A stretch of 64,000 bases of DNA, from positions 84,568,001 through 84,632,000 of the forward strand of contig NC_043002.1 of assembly GCF_006345805.1 (NCBI RefSeq). Direction: 5' to 3'. The translations under genes were made by a program, and so were the position numbers. The notes below the pieces were generated by a model, which worked only from the letters and a program-made list of their open reading frames with translations, was not told the DNA's origin and did not search any database. The DNA is from Octopus sinensis (Eukaryota). Positions 1-13,558 of this stretch are shown piece by piece (the first letter of the stretch is position 1; every line of letters starts with the position of its first letter).

Positions 1-567
1 CCTTGCATAGAATATGAACAGCATTAATATTTAATGCTACCAATCAGAAACATTATTGGTTTGACCTGTCTGCTTATTTTTATTACATTATAAGCTTTAA
101 TAGCTTTTAGTATAGTATTTAACATAGGCTTCAACGTACTGAGTTGAAACTCACAATTATGTTCTTTAATCTGAAATGGGTTTGATAAAATATATATCAA
201 CAGTATATCTTTTTCCATAGAAAAATTAATTTTGAGTTGTATTTCAATCTTCAATTTCATTATGACAAAAGAAAAAAAAAAATGACAGATAAAAGAAAAA
301 AACATTTTAGTTTTGTTTTGCTACATGTTTCCTGTGTAATTTTATTGATTGCATGTAATTAAACATAGGCTAAAATTTAAAACAGCTCTGTGAATTATCT
401 AATCTGTTATTAATTAGTTTAGACTATCAGTCTACCTATAGACTCATTAAGTCCAATATGATGGATTGTGTGAAACCTTGTTATTTGGCTCAGGCTGCTC
501 CCTTATTATTTTTTAAAATGTTATCCTTGGACATATGATTTCACCAGTTGATATTAAGATATTGTTA

Positions 568-781
568 GGCGGCGAGCTGGCAGAATCATTAGCATGCCAA
601 GTAAAATGCTTAGCGGCATTTCTTCCATCTTTGTGTTCTGAGTTCAAATTTCACCAATGTCAACACTGCCTTTCATCCTTTCAGGGTCACTAAAATAGGT
701 ACCGGTTGAGTACTTGGGTTGATGTAATTGACTTACCCCACTCCTCCAAACTTGCTGGCCTTGTGACAAAATTTGAAACTA
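568..781 (+). mobile_element. tRNA-derived SINE family A
   Basis: ggcggcgagctggcagaatc...gagttcaaat... A/B boxes; related copies at about 31455-31650, 40540-40880 (-), 55800-56000 (-), 58614-58826, 60030-60190. Confidence 0.8.
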
Positions 782-1137
782 ATATTAAAGTATTGTCATA
801 AAAGGAAATCAGTAGCTATATTAGGTTGTTGGGTAATTTAATGTGTCAGCATGCTGGTTTGTATTTTGTCTTCAACTATTGATGCTTGTGGAGGAACAGC
901 TGTATATTTAAGAATTAAAATAGGTTGAATGAAATACATTTAAAACAAAATGAATCAATTTATTAATTATATTTTAAACAAAAGTTGCATGATAATGGTG
1001 TGAAAATTACTTGAATTGAAGTAAGTTCTATTTCTTTTATGATAGGGGGATTCTGGAAACAGCTAATAAAGATTGTCATTTTTACTGTAAGAATGAATTT
1101 AGTAAAGGTGTATGTACATGAGTTTTGAAGAGTTTTG

Positions 1138-1550
1138 GGATCTTTTCGGTTTGAACGGCAGTTTTTTCTAGCGGTGTCATATGAAATTGTCACCTGTAAT
1201 TATGACCCTAGTATCGATCTATTGCATTTCAACCTGTTTTAGGGTTAGGGGTGGGGGAAGGGTATCTTTTTTCTTCACAAATGTAAATAAACCCAATCTG
1301 TTTCTTAAACGAGGGACATATTCATACGGCTCAGAGTGTTTTTTTTTACCTCAATAGATGTCACTGATTGGTTGAAATTGCAGAAATTGAAGAAAAAAAA
1401 CAACAAATATCTTACAAACTATAGAATTTTCTCAATAAAACCAAGAGAAAAAGATGTTTTATAAACACATTCTATGCAGTATATGAAGTTTAAAATTTTT
1501 TAGTTACCTAGAAATTATGTTAAAAATTGCCGTTCAAACTGAAAAGATCC
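1138..1550 (+). mobile_element. MITE family 1, copy 1 (8-bp TSD; hAT- or Merlin-like)
   Basis: About 29-bp TIR GGATCTTTTCGGTTTGAACGGCAGTTTTT; TSD gagttttg on both sides. Confidence 0.9.
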
Positions 1551-1689
1551 GAGTTTTGTATAGAGGACAGAGTAGAATAGTTACTTATCAATTGAAAACT
1601 TACTGAACAGTGTGTAATGATTTGAGAAATTATATGGAGGTACAGGAAGCAACAATTCTCTGTATTAATAAGACAGGAAACAGCTCAGT

Positions 1690-2170
1690 GAAAAATTAAC
1701 AGAAAGTTAGATGTGTTTTACCAAAAATGCTTGGGAAGGATTTTAAAAACATACTGGAAAGACCACATAACCAATGACAACATTCTAAAGAGAGCCAACA
1801 AAAGTCCACATAGCAAAATCATCACAGAATGAAGATTAAAACTAAAAGGTCACATACCTCAGCTCCCAGAATAAAGTCATTCTAAAACAGCTTTTAAATG
1901 GAAACCACCAGTAGGAAAAAGAGAGGAAGATTGAAAAGTATATCATTATCATCATCATCATTTAACGTCTGCTTTCCATGCTAGCATGGGTTGGACGATT
2001 TGACTCCAATCTGATCTGGCGGAGTTTCTACAGCTGGATGCCCTTCCTAACGCCAACCACTCCGAGAGTGTATATGATACAGAATATTCATAATTGAAGA
2101 GAGAGGCTAATATCACATGGATGGATGAAGAGAAAACTTTAGCCAATGGAAACCAGTGGTATCAAGTTGC
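1690..2170 (+). mobile_element. RTE-clade LINE 3' relic, interrupted by a SINE at 1943-2071
   Basis: KLDVFYQKCLGRILKTYWKDHITNDNILKRA...RLKLKGHI...WKPPVGKR resembles the RTE C-terminus. Confidence 0.65.
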
Positions 2171-2603
2171 TGATAATGATACAAGAAGCAATACATATTT
2201 CTTCATATATATTTCTTCCTAGATAAAGTCTAATGGTAGAATTGGCCACAATGTGAAGTGAAGAGTACTCATAATACAAATATGAACTCCATCTAGCTGT
2301 TCTTAAATACACAATCATTTAATTGCAGAATATGAATCTATAAACATATTGTATGCAGACTCACAAATAAGTTGATACTATCTTGTGTGACATATGTGAC
2401 CATTATACATAAAAGGATTTGAGTTCATCAAATTTTAAGCCATAGAAAAGAAATACATAAAATTTGTGTTGTATAGTTGAAATGAGATAAGACAACAATT
2501 TATGTTTAAATATGGTTTAAATGGCAGTAGATAACATTTTAAACTTTCCTTTGATGATGAATCAACTTTCTGTTGCTCATGTTTCTAGCTATTGTTGGAG
2601 TTT

Positions 2604-2720
2604 AAAATATTTGGTTCAATATGGCTTTTATTAGTAATTTTTTTAATATTTGGTTCAGTATGGCTTTTGTTAGCAATTTTAAAAATATTTGGTTCAATAT
2701 GGCATTTATTAGTAATTTCT
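2604..2720 (+). repeat. 3 x about 40-bp tandem repeat (aatatttggttcaatatggcttttattagtaattt)
   Basis: Direct inspection. Confidence 0.85.
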
Positions 2721-3429
2721 ATTTAAATGAAGAAAATAGATAAATGGAATTTATTATACTCATTGGTTTATAAAAGATTTTTTTATCTCTGTAAACATGT
2801 TTTAAATTAGTTTAAGTTAAAGATATGTTTCCTTAATTTTTAATGCTGAAATATAGTTTGAAATTATTTCATGACTAGTCATTGCTGTGTAGATGATGCA
2901 AATATTTAAATTATTCTAATAGATGAAACTTTGAGAGTGGTTTCCTGGTATCTGGCATGTTGTTATTGTCTTGCCGGAGCTATGTGGTATTTTTTTCGTC
3001 AGGGAACTAAAACAACTGCTTTTCTTAAATGTATTTGTTATTTTATTCTTTCTCTGTATAGGGTGGGAAAAATATTCTATTTCTGTAATGTATACCATAT
3101 AGTATAGTTTGATAGGCATTATTTTTTATAAGGTTTCTATTTTCTTTTAGTAGTTGTCTGGAGAGGAACCATAGTCTTTTTAGATCCTTGTAGACCGAGG
3201 GGGAATTTAACATTTAGTTTAAATTTTTGCAAGTTCGTGATTCAAATAAAATGATAAGGATAGAAGTTCCATAGAGATACAATTTGGAAAAGAAGAATTA
3301 TGAAAAGTGTTTTGTACAGAGTATAGGTCAATAACAAGAATTGGAGTGATGTGAAGAGTAGATGTAGTGCAATAAGTGGAATTCTTATACAGACAACAAA
3401 ATTAGAAGAGCAGAAATCATTGTAATTGT

Positions 3430-3720
3430 TAGCCATTCTTAATTGTTTGCAATGGTTAGTACCATCTACTGCCCATATTTCTGACAAGCACATCAACTTC
3501 AAACACCCTTAACTTGTTTTTCCAAACTCAGTCTTTATCTCACCATCATTGTGTTCAGTCACTTCTTGATGAAGCCAACACTTCACGTCTTCTTCAGTCT
3601 ACTGTTAATCATCTGGGACTAATAGTCAGCTTGATTACATCGTTGTTCTTCCTTTACCTTCTGCATACATATCATCCACATGCAATTTTATGCTCTGTTT
3701 ACACTGGATTCATGAACAAG
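3430..3720 (-). mobile_element. Possible RTE LINE relic
   Basis: Minus-strand LRVFEV...RW-like decayed motif; weak. Confidence 0.35.
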
Positions 3721-5229
3721 AACTGAGTATTACTTAAAACAGATAAATCTGCCATGTCTCTTTGGAGCAACACAAATACATTTGCCTTACATATTAAGGA
3801 ATTAGTCTTGTACCTTAAGCTAGTCTCTTTACATGAAGAACACCCAACTAAAACCCTCAGAATTATTGTAAGTGCTATTGTCCAACAATTTAATGGAATC
3901 TCTCATTGTTGTAACTGCATTGCAATCATTAGGCCTCAGTTTTAGAGCTAGAAACTGCTTCAGCCCTTATCAATTTATGACTCCTTGTAGCTCAAATGGA
4001 GCTCATATTGGGGTACTAATCATATCAGAAATGGTGCTGCAGTGACATACATGTGCACACTGTAAACTAGAATGGGCTGTGTGTACAAAATGGGCTACAT
4101 GGTAGAGAAATGGGTCACAATTGTTAATGGGGAACAGTAGGATGTTATAATTTGTATTTTTTTTCTTTACTTAATTCAATATTTTTATGTTTCAGACATG
4201 GTTAGTGATGTTTTTTTTTGTTGTTTGAATTGAATTTGTGTTCAAGTATTTTTGTTTTCATGTAGTCTACAATGGGTGAAACCTTGAATGATGTAGGCCA
4301 TGGTAGTTTAGAACAGTGATGTGCAAACATCATTGTTCTAGACTGATTCCAATGGTCATTCAAATGATAGGTAATGTTTCATTCAACAATACATTTTAGT
4401 CACTCACTCACAGACTTAGAATGGCTTTTGATTTTCTGAACAAGATATCTGGACATTCCTTCCAACTAGCTCCACAAAGACACTCTTGTGAGCCAACGAC
4501 TATCACTATTTGTATCATTTCTTGGTGATCATTCACTAAACATTTCCTAAGGGATTCCTTCTCAGGACTGGAATTCCTTCTTTGAACTCGTTTTTCTTTT
4601 TTTGTTACCCGCCAACCCTGATCGACAAATGTTTAAGCTCCGCATCAATTGCTTCAATCTCACAACAAAAAGGTTTGTAAAACCTCTTGATTTCCCCCCA
4701 CCTCATTTCAAATGCTTATTATTGTGGGTTTGCAAGTGAAGGCTTACTTAAAGGTGGCTAGTCTATTTAAAAGAAAATTTGATCCCAATTGTGAACATAC
4801 ACGGGTAAGTGTATTGTAGTTAAGTTTTTAATTATTCAGGCAAGAGGGAAGTGTTCCTTGACCCTTTATAATGCCTCCAAGACTAGTTAGACAGAGGGAA
4901 AGAGAAAGGTATCTTCAAACTGGATTCCTAACTAGAATGCTTAAAACAGTGTAGGCTTTACTAAAGACATCAATTAGATGTATTATATTTGTAGAGGGGT
5001 GAAAGTCTACTGTCCAAATAGCATATGAGTGGAAAGAATATCCGTCTTGTGTTGACTGATGACTATTTAAGGAAGTACTTTTTGTTCTGTCAAAGGTTAG
5101 TCAAACCTTTATCACACAGCCTTGGTTATATGAAAATTATGGAGATTATATGAAACATCATCAAAAATTGGAAGAAATACGAGGAGGTTTAGTCATTTTT
5201 CATATTATTTATTTATTTTATATCGCAAT

Positions 5230-5700
5230 CAGTAAATAGTGTCGTTGATTACAGGTTTCCAATGGGCCAGTCACTAGTTCACAGCTGGACTGGCAGGCGA
5301 GTGTTCACAACTCGGTACGGAAAAAAGTATAGCAAGATACAGCATCTGAAAACTACAAATTTTTCGGTTTCCTCGACATTGTTTATATCCTAAACCGATA
5401 GCTATCGACGAGAGATATAAATACACATGCATGCATGCATACATTCACTTATGCACACAATTGTATGTACGTATGTACATGATGTGCTTGACCAGTTTCC
5501 GTTAATCAAATGTTTATAACCCAAACGGGTTCGACCCTGAAAGCGAACTTCTCAGCTAACCACCGATATTGCGTTGTGGGTTTATTTGCTCTCGATGGCC
5601 GCGTTTTGATGTTATGGTTGTGGATAATATTCGTGCTAAGTGAAGTAAAGCTGGATAGCGTGGTTGCATGCGTATGATTGTGAGGGATTACTATTAGTTT
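5230..5700. promoter_or_regulatory. CpG-rich putative KLHDC3 promoter / first-exon region
   Basis: Sharp local rise in CpG about 1 kb upstream of the start codon, free of SINEs; 12-bp palindrome CGATAGCTATCG (DRE-like half sites) at 5396-5407. TSS not determinable. Confidence 0.55.
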
Positions 5701-5858
5701 TAAAAATTATTCAGAAAAAAAATTGGGTTTGTGATAGAAATAAACGCCTTGAAGCTTTGACAGCGAGGATTAGAGAACGTCTAGTCAACAGACGCTGCTA
5801 TGGAACGATATCATATGAAGGTGTCTTTCTTTTTTCTAATATTTTTTTTATTATTCAG

Positions 5859-6109
5859 ATGATTAATGACAAATAGAGTCAATAGTTGAACAGCTTTGCC
5901 AGAAGTCATGAGGGCATGAATCCATTGTTGTTTGACTAAAGAGAGATTTATAAGGGAGCTAGCTCTTTGAAATGTCGATAGAGGTATTTAGATAAGTAAT
6001 ATATTATTTATTAACAATAATCTTCAAAAGTTGTTTTTATATAAGCGAAGAAAGTGATCATAACATATTTGCTTCTATTACCTTTGAAGCAGATATTAAG
6101 CAGAATTAG
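5859..6109 (+). other. KLHDC3: Putative non-coding 5' UTR exon of KLHDC3
   Basis: Strong donor AG|GTAAGT at 6110 pairs with the acceptor at 6424. Acceptor-like tttttttattattcag ends at 5858; candidate upstream donor GTATGA at 5672. Confidence 0.45.
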
Positions 6110-6484
6110 GTAAGTTGCCTGGTTACTGAAGATGATACTTCCACATCACGTAAAAGTGGTATAAAAGCGATAAATTGTATTTAAATTATTAATAATGTTT
6201 CTGTATGAAATAGTTGCAAACTGTTTTAAAAGAAAAGAAAAGAAAAAAAATGCTTAGCATTATTTAAAGCCGTGTCCTTTAGAGTTATCTCCCTTTTTGT
6301 TTTCACTTTCCGTTGACTAGATTGTCGTCGAAGGGGATATATATATAATGCATAATAACGGAGTCTATCGTGTAAAATTAATTATCACATTATACATTTA
6401 CTTCATTTTTTATCTTTTCTGCAGCAACCTCGCTACCTAAAGCGGTTTTCTCCATACTTTTATTGGTCTGAACGATATTGCAGC

Positions 6485-6650
6485 ATGCAGAGGTGGACAA
6501 TACATCTTGAAGGTGGTCCCAAACGGGTCAACCATGCTGCAGTAGCAATTTGTAACAGTTTCTGGGAGAGAATCTTTTCTTTTGGTGGTTATTGTTCCGG
6601 AGAAGACTATGAGACAACACGGCCTATGGACGTACATGTCCTCGATGTTG
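6485..6650 (+). CDS. KLHDC3: Kelch domain-containing protein 3, coding exon 1 (MQRWTIHLEGGPKRVNHAAV...DVHVLDV)
   Basis: N-terminus closely matches vertebrate KLHDC3 (MLRWTVHLEGGPRRVNHAAVA...FGGYCSGEDY). Acceptor ttttctgcag ends at 6424, ATG at 6485, donor GTAAGT at 6651; 166 nt, phase 1. Confidence 0.96.
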
Positions 6651-6774
6651 GTAAGTCAGATGCTTGTTCGTTATTCAACGTCTACCACACTGTGCCTGTG
6701 TAAGAAAAGATATTCTTATACTTCCTAAGTTTCGTTACTACCAAATGTTTCTACACCGCATTGTTTAGAAACTT

Positions 6775-7193
6775 GGATCTTTTCGGTTTGAACGGCAGTT
6801 TTTTTTCTAGCGGTGTCATATGAAATTGTCACCCATAATTAATACCCTAGTATCGATCTATTGCATTTCAATCTGTTTTAGGGTTAGGGGTGGGGGGAAG
6901 GGTATCTTTTTTTTTCTTCACAAATGTAAATAAACCCAAACTGTTTCTTAAACGAGGGACATATTCATGCTGCACAGTATGTTCTTTACTTCAATAGACA
7001 TCAGTGATTGGTTGAAATTGCAGAAACTGAAGAAAAGACAAGAACAAATATCTTACAAACTATAGAATTTTCTCAATAAAGCCAAGAGAAAAAAGATGTT
7101 TTATAAACACATTCTACCAGTATACGAAGTTATAAAAATTTTTTAGTTACCTAGAAATTATGTTAAAAACTGCCGTTCAAACCGAAAAGATCC
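6775..7193 (+). mobile_element. MITE family 1, copy 2
   Basis: Same TIRs and internal sequence; perfect TSD agaaactt. Confidence 0.9.
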
Positions 7194-8487
7194 AGAAACT
7201 TTATTTCAACGATATGCATATTTGTTTTTTTATTTCTCATATACGCACACCATATAAAGCCAGTTTTTTAATACTTTCCCACTCGCATTCACTCCTGTCA
7301 ACTTTTTTAGAAATCCGATATGATTTTTGTTTTTTTAAATGCTAAATCAGATTTCTTGGGATGAAAATTGGAACGAGAAACGAAAGCATACATATTTTTC
7401 CTGTTACTGTATAAACCTGTTGACTAATTTTTCAGTGTTTACATTCTTTTTGTTTGTACTACATCGTAAGTTGTATTTTTCTGCAATAGATGTTCTCCAA
7501 TAAATGTATTTCCACCCTGACTGCTTTTAAGGTCCTTTTTCTATTTCTGTGTAGCGAGAGGATATATTTTATATTCTTTCTTTCTTTGTTTACATCCTCA
7601 CCCCAAGGATGTACTACTTTCTATCACAACACAGCACTTGCTAACGAGGGAGTCTTAAAGCGGTTGCTCAATCTGCTAGAAATAATACCGGTTAAATTTC
7701 CCTCAAATAGTATGCAACCTTCTCAAATAAAGAAATTCACTACATGTAGACATACTAAATGGTAGAATGGTCGCGCGATTGGAACAACTTTTTATCAAAA
7801 GTAAAGTTTGCTCAATCATGGGTAAACTAAGACGGAGTGCTAAATGACAAGTCTCTACGTAGTTGCTGCTAGACATAGCAGTTATGTTTCCCTTAAGCCA
7901 CGGTGACCGGTAATAAAGTCATAAAAAATAAGTCACAAGAAAAAGTCACGGTAATAAAGTCACAATTAATTTATGGGATTTAGACTCCCACCCCCCCATC
8001 AGACAAAACCTCTGATTTCGAAGCCACTCACAGTTTTACACACTGTTGCTCAAATAATAATTATTATAATAATTAGGATGCTCTATAACCGTTGGTCTGC
8101 TTGACCAGGATTGATGTGGGACTAAACAGCAGCAACACCTTGTTAAATATTTTGTTTTTGTTTTGTATCAAGTACTTTTAAGCTATTTAACTGCCGCTGT
8201 CAATGAAAGCTACTTTTAATTGATGTATTGGTTTCTTTTCACACTATACAAGGCGAAATTTTGTTGGGGATGATAAAATCAAGTTGACTCTTATAATAGT
8301 TCGGTGAAATCGATCTTGAATCGAGAACATAGAGTAACACATATTGGCATGCTAGCATTCTAATGAAAGCACTAATTTTGCTGTTCTTTTTAACTGAAAT
8401 ACGGGATTCGACAGAAGCGTTAAACTGTCTTTTTTAACATCGAGTTAAGTGAATTAAAATGGCTTGAAACTGAATGAGAATGCACCC

Positions 8488-8770
8488 GGTACCACTTAAG
8501 AAGTGTGGTCCCGGTGCGCGCACTCGCGTAGTCGCGCATCCGCGCTATCTAGTCGTGACTAGTCGATCCTACAACGACTACCTACTTTTTTTACACAAAG
8601 TAAATAATTTTTAAAAAATAAAGTAAATAAAACACAAAAACACAGAGTAAGTAATTTTTCTGAACAAAGTAAATAAAATACAAAAACACAAAGTAAGGAT
8701 CGACTAGTCACATCTAGCTAGCGCGACTACGCGAGTGCGCGCACCGGGACCACTCATCTTAAGTAGTACC
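8488..8770. mobile_element. CpG-rich MITE with about 75-85 bp TIRs, GGTAC termini (Merlin-like)
   Basis: ggtaccacttaagaagtgtggtcccggtgcgcgcactcgcgtagtcgcgc... mirrored at the right end; degenerate 9-bp TSD aatgcaccc/agtacaccc; internal AAAGTAAATAA duplications. Confidence 0.75.
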
Positions 8771-10379
8771 AGTACACCCTTTACTCCACTTGTTGCTTGC
8801 GTAATTGACATAACTGACATGATTTCCTAGTTTTGTTGACGTTCAAAATTCATCATAATTGTTTATGATATTGAGTAACTTCTTGAAAAATAGCAATTTT
8901 CAAAATTTATGTATTTTTTAAAACCAGATATTTTCAAACATACTTATAGGCAATTAAAATTTATTGTACATACCATCATCGCTTCCTTTTCTGTTCTTTT
9001 ATTCGTTTTAATGGTTTCAGTTGTAGGACTGCAGCCATGCTGGAGCACCGTCTTAATTTATTTTCTTTCAGTTTTGTTGTCGCTTTATCACTAGAACTTG
9101 ATCTATGATTCAGTTTGTAGTAGCTGATCTTCTCTGAGTGTATCCTTGAATAGTTGGTTGGTCCAATATCTATATATATATACGTTTTATGGTCTTGTAA
9201 TTCCATGTGAATTTCCATATACTATATCGACTTACCGATTAATCTTTTTAGGCGCAGACATAGCTGTGTGTTCTTAATGTTCACTTCTCAACAACGTTCA
9301 TCCAGGTTTGATCTCACCACATGGGACATTGGTTAATTATCTATTAAAGCCTTGAGTTGACTCAGTGTGGGAACCCATATGTGTGTATATTCTAGATGTA
9401 CCGCAATTTTTAGAATAGATACACTGTATCGCTGCGTATCGTAAAAGGAAACTAAGGGAAATGGCATCCGAAAAGGACATCAGCTATTAAACTCTGCTTT
9501 AAAATCATCCTCTATGTCCGTGCTAGCGGGGTGCAAAGAGCACCATATGAGTGTGGTCATTGACAGAGAGGCTAACCGGCTTCCGTGCCAGTGGCACTTA
9601 AAAGGCACCATTCAAGCGTGATCGTTGCCAGTGTTGCACTACTGGCACTCGAGCCCCTTGCTAGTAGGGTATTAAGAGCACCATCCGAGCGTGATCGTTG
9701 CCAGAGCGGCTATCTGGCCTCCGTGCTGGTGGCACCTAAAAAACACCATTCGAGCATGATTGTTACCAGCATTGCCTTACTGGCACCCACACCGGTGGCA
9801 TGTGTAAAAGATTCGAGCGAGGTTGTTGCTAGTGCCGCCTGATTGGCCCCGTGCTGGTGGTATGTAAAAGCACCCACTACACTCTCGGAGTGGTTGGCAT
9901 TAGGAAGGGCATCCAGCTGTAGAAACTCTGCCAGATCAAGATTGAAGCCTGGTGCATCCATCTGGTTCACCAGCCCTCAGTCACACATCCAACCCATGCT
10001 AGCATGGAAAGTGGACGTTAAACAATGATGATGATGATGATGTTGTTCGCTTTGTCTTCTAGAAATAAGAAACATTGAATAATAGAAATCTACTTTTTAC
10101 TGGCACTCTGCAGTCTGTCTACAAAATACAGTTCCTTCATCCTGTTTTGTTTTTGAAAGATTATTCATTAAATTTGTATTAATGACTTTTTAAAACTTAC
10201 CCCAAATCCTTGTCCATAATTCAATCTATTGTTATTTAAATTATAATTTGAATGTTTGTCTCCTGTTTTTTTTTTTTAATCATTATCCTGGAATTATAAT
10301 CTTTTTGTGAGAAGTGTATGTGTAAGGATAACAGTGTACTCTTATCTTAAGCAAGACAAGGCATGGAAAAGCTTTTGTG

Positions 10380-11460
10380 AAATTTTGCTGAATGAGGAGA
10401 ATGTGTAGGAGAGAGAAGGACTAAGCCAACTGGACTTATTAGAGAGGCCAGCTATTAAAATTGACAATTATAAGATTGAAATTTGCTATTAAGGATAAAA
10501 GAGCAAGAAAAGCAGCTGGACCATCAAGGATAGATGCTTAGATGCTAAAAATATCTGGTAAAATAGGGCATGTCATTTGCATAATCATCAGGTAATATAA
10601 GAAGGGGCCATTTCCAATGACCAGCATGGAGGTATCATCATCAATTACTACAAGGAATAAAAAGATGCTTCTCAAAATAACTAAAGAAATATCAAACTAA
10701 TGGACAAAGTTATGAAAATAATAGAATGTAGTGCAACTAATTCAAAAGAAAATTAGCTTCATTGAGACATAGTTTGGATTTGTGCCAGAATAAGGCACTA
10801 ATGAGGCCTTTCTTTCTAGTAAGAGGACTATAGAAGTCTTTAACCAAAAAGTAAGCTCCTATACTATACCTAGCATATGTTGACCTGCAGTAGGTCTTTG
10901 ACAGAGTATTATACTTTGTAGTCTGGTGGTGGCTAAGAAAACTAGGTCAAGGTGAGGAACAAGCTATGCATAGAGATTCCATGACTAAAGTGAGGGATGG
11001 CAATGAGTTCAGTAAGGAATTTAGCATGCAAATAGGTTTCTGTCAGGTTTTGTTGCTCATTGTCCTCCCCTTTGTTATTCTTTTCCAGGGTAACATGGGT
11101 GGGGTGGGGGTTTATGACCAACAGTCTATAGGAACTTGTGAATGTTGAAGGCTATTTTCATAGTTGAATCTATCAAAGAATTAGAGAACAAATTTCAAAC
11201 ATGGAAGTAAAACCTAGAATTAAGAGACTTTAAAGTAAACTGAGCAAAGACAGAATTTTAGCAGGAAAGAAGACTGGTTACTGCTTCTATAAGGGGAGTG
11301 ACCATACTCAGTAAGCAAAATGGTGTAAGTAGGAACTCTGTACTGTGTACCAAATGGGAAGTTTGGGTGTGCATGAGATGCAGTGTGATCACAAGCAGGC
11401 TGATAGAAGAAAGATTTCATATATAGCTGTTTGTACAGGAGCAGTTAGAGAAGAGCACCC
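10380..11460 (+). mobile_element. RTE-clade LINE reverse-transcriptase relic
   Basis: Decayed KAAGPS, FGFVP, YVDL..VFDRV and EFSMQIG motifs in order, with many stops and frameshifts. Confidence 0.65.
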
Positions 11461-13384
11461 TTGAAATAAACGGCCATAGGTGAGTCAGGTTTCACAGCAT
11501 CATGTCACATATCAAAACCTTTCATCATACGTATCACAGAAAAAAGAAAAACAAACAAAAACTTTTCCTTTTTGTTGTTTCATAGTGTTTGGTGTGTTTC
11601 ATTTTATGGAGTGATTTCATCCTGTTGCTAACAACTACAGCATGGACTGGATGCATTTTCTTATGACACTGGCACAAGAAAGATGGTCTGCAACAGGACA
11701 ATAAAGTCCTCTCAACATTATATTACAGTTTTCTTTACTTTTTGTTTCTGCTTCACCACCCTTTTAGACAGGCTGCAGAACATACATTCATTTTTCGCTT
11801 CATACTTTTTAACAGTTAGATATCTGTCCTATCAATGATCACCCAATAACATAGACTCTGTGTGTGTGTGTATAATTTTTAACACTGGAACTTGAAGTAA
11901 TGTTACAAATAATAATGTATAAATATTTACATGCTATTATTTATAGCTTTATTCATGTTGAGTTCCACTGTTAAGAATGATTTATTTCATGTCTCTCAAA
12001 GTTTCTAAATTCTTAAGTCAAAATAATATATATACATAAAATCATCATTTTAATGTTCCTTTTCCATGCATGCATGTGTTAGATGGAACTCATGTCCTGC
12101 TTATAGCCAACCCTCCCCGGTTTCCATGCAAGATAATATTTCTTCATAGCTGGAACTGTTTACATAGAATATTGGAAGCCAAAGATATTGCTTGTGTGAT
12201 AGTGGTGTTTACACACACACACACATTATATGGTGTGTTTCTTTTAGTTTCTGACTACCAGATCCATTTGCAAGGTTTTGGTTGAATGGTGCTGTAGAAG
12301 AGACTTGTCCAAGGTGCCAAGCAGTAGAACTGAATTTAAGACCATATGGTTGAGAAGCAAACTTCTTAACCACATAGCCATGCTTCTATATATATATCAT
12401 CATCATCATCATCATCGTTTAACGTCCGCTTTCCATGCTAGCATGGGTTGGACGGTTCAACTGGGGTCTGGGAAGCCCGAAGGCTGCACATACACATACA
12501 TACATACATACATATACACACACACATACACACCATGATTTGGGGTTGATAGATACACACACACTAATAGGAGCACTGTGTTGTTTATGACGACGAGGGT
12601 CCCAGGTGATACGATCAATGTAATAGCTTGCTCGTGAAATTAATGTGCAAGTGGCTGAGCACTCTACAAACATGTGTACTCTTAATGTAGTGAACAGGAA
12701 CAAAAAGAAATTAAAATGGTGATGTCAGCTTAGTAACAACTCTGCTCTACTGATTGATCTTACCAATTATCTCTCATCCAGGGGCGTCAGATTAGTCAGC
12801 AGGCCAGAGCTCTTACTATACTTATATCAGTATTTAATCTTTTTGTTCCCTATTCAACAAGATGTCCACATCCCCCCCCCCATTTCCAAAATCATGGTGT
12901 GCATTATATCCGGTACTTACATATGTACACAGACACACACACACATCTATATTGATTGATCGATACACACACACACTAGTAGGAGCACTCTGTCGTTTAT
13001 GATGACGAGGGTCCCAGGTGATACGATCAACGTAACAGCTTGCTCGTGAAATTAATATGCAAGTGGCTGAGCACTCTACAAACATGTGTACTCTTAATGT
13101 AGTTCTCAAAGAGATTCAGCATGACACAAGTGTGACAAGACCGGCCCTTTGAAATACAGGTACTACTCATTTTTGCCAGCTGAGTGGACTGCAGCAACGT
13201 GAAATAAAGTGTCTTGCTCAAGACACAATGCATTGCCAGGAATTGAACTTACGACCTTATGATTCTGAGCTGAATGCCCTAACCACTAAGACATGCCTTC
13301 ACCCTAACAGACACAGACACACATGCAAAAAGTTGAGAAGAGAGAGAAGTTGGAGGTAAAAGCTATGTTCTTTTCTATTTTCAG

Positions 13385-13558
13385 TCTCCTTACGTTGGAA
13401 GAGGCTACCTGTTCCGACGCCTGGTGATAGCCAGTACAAGCATGTTCCCTACCAACGTTACGGACACACAGCTGTTGCTCTTGGGGACTGTGTTTTCATT
13501 TGGGGTGGCCGCAATGATAAAGATGGAGCATGTAATATCCTTTATTGTTTTGATACAA
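13385..13558 (+). CDS. KLHDC3: KLHDC3 coding exon 2 (VSLRWKRLP...VPYQRYGHTAV...WGGRNDKDGACNILYCFDT)
   Basis: ttttcag acceptor, GTGAGT donor, 174 nt, phase 1/1, kelch motifs RYGH and WGG. Confidence 0.96.

Noticed and set aside
4266-4370. Exon-like segment on the + strand (tgtag ... ag|gtaatg) and donor at about 4805
   Set aside because: Stops in the frames inspected and no recognisable product; not enough evidence.
6125-6160. CTGAAGA-TGAT...ATCA-CGTAAA hammerhead-like string
   Set aside because: The GAAA core and stems I/III are absent.
7899-7965. Four AAAGTCAC units resembling subterminal repeats of a DNA transposon
   Set aside because: No matching second end or TSD found; left unassigned.
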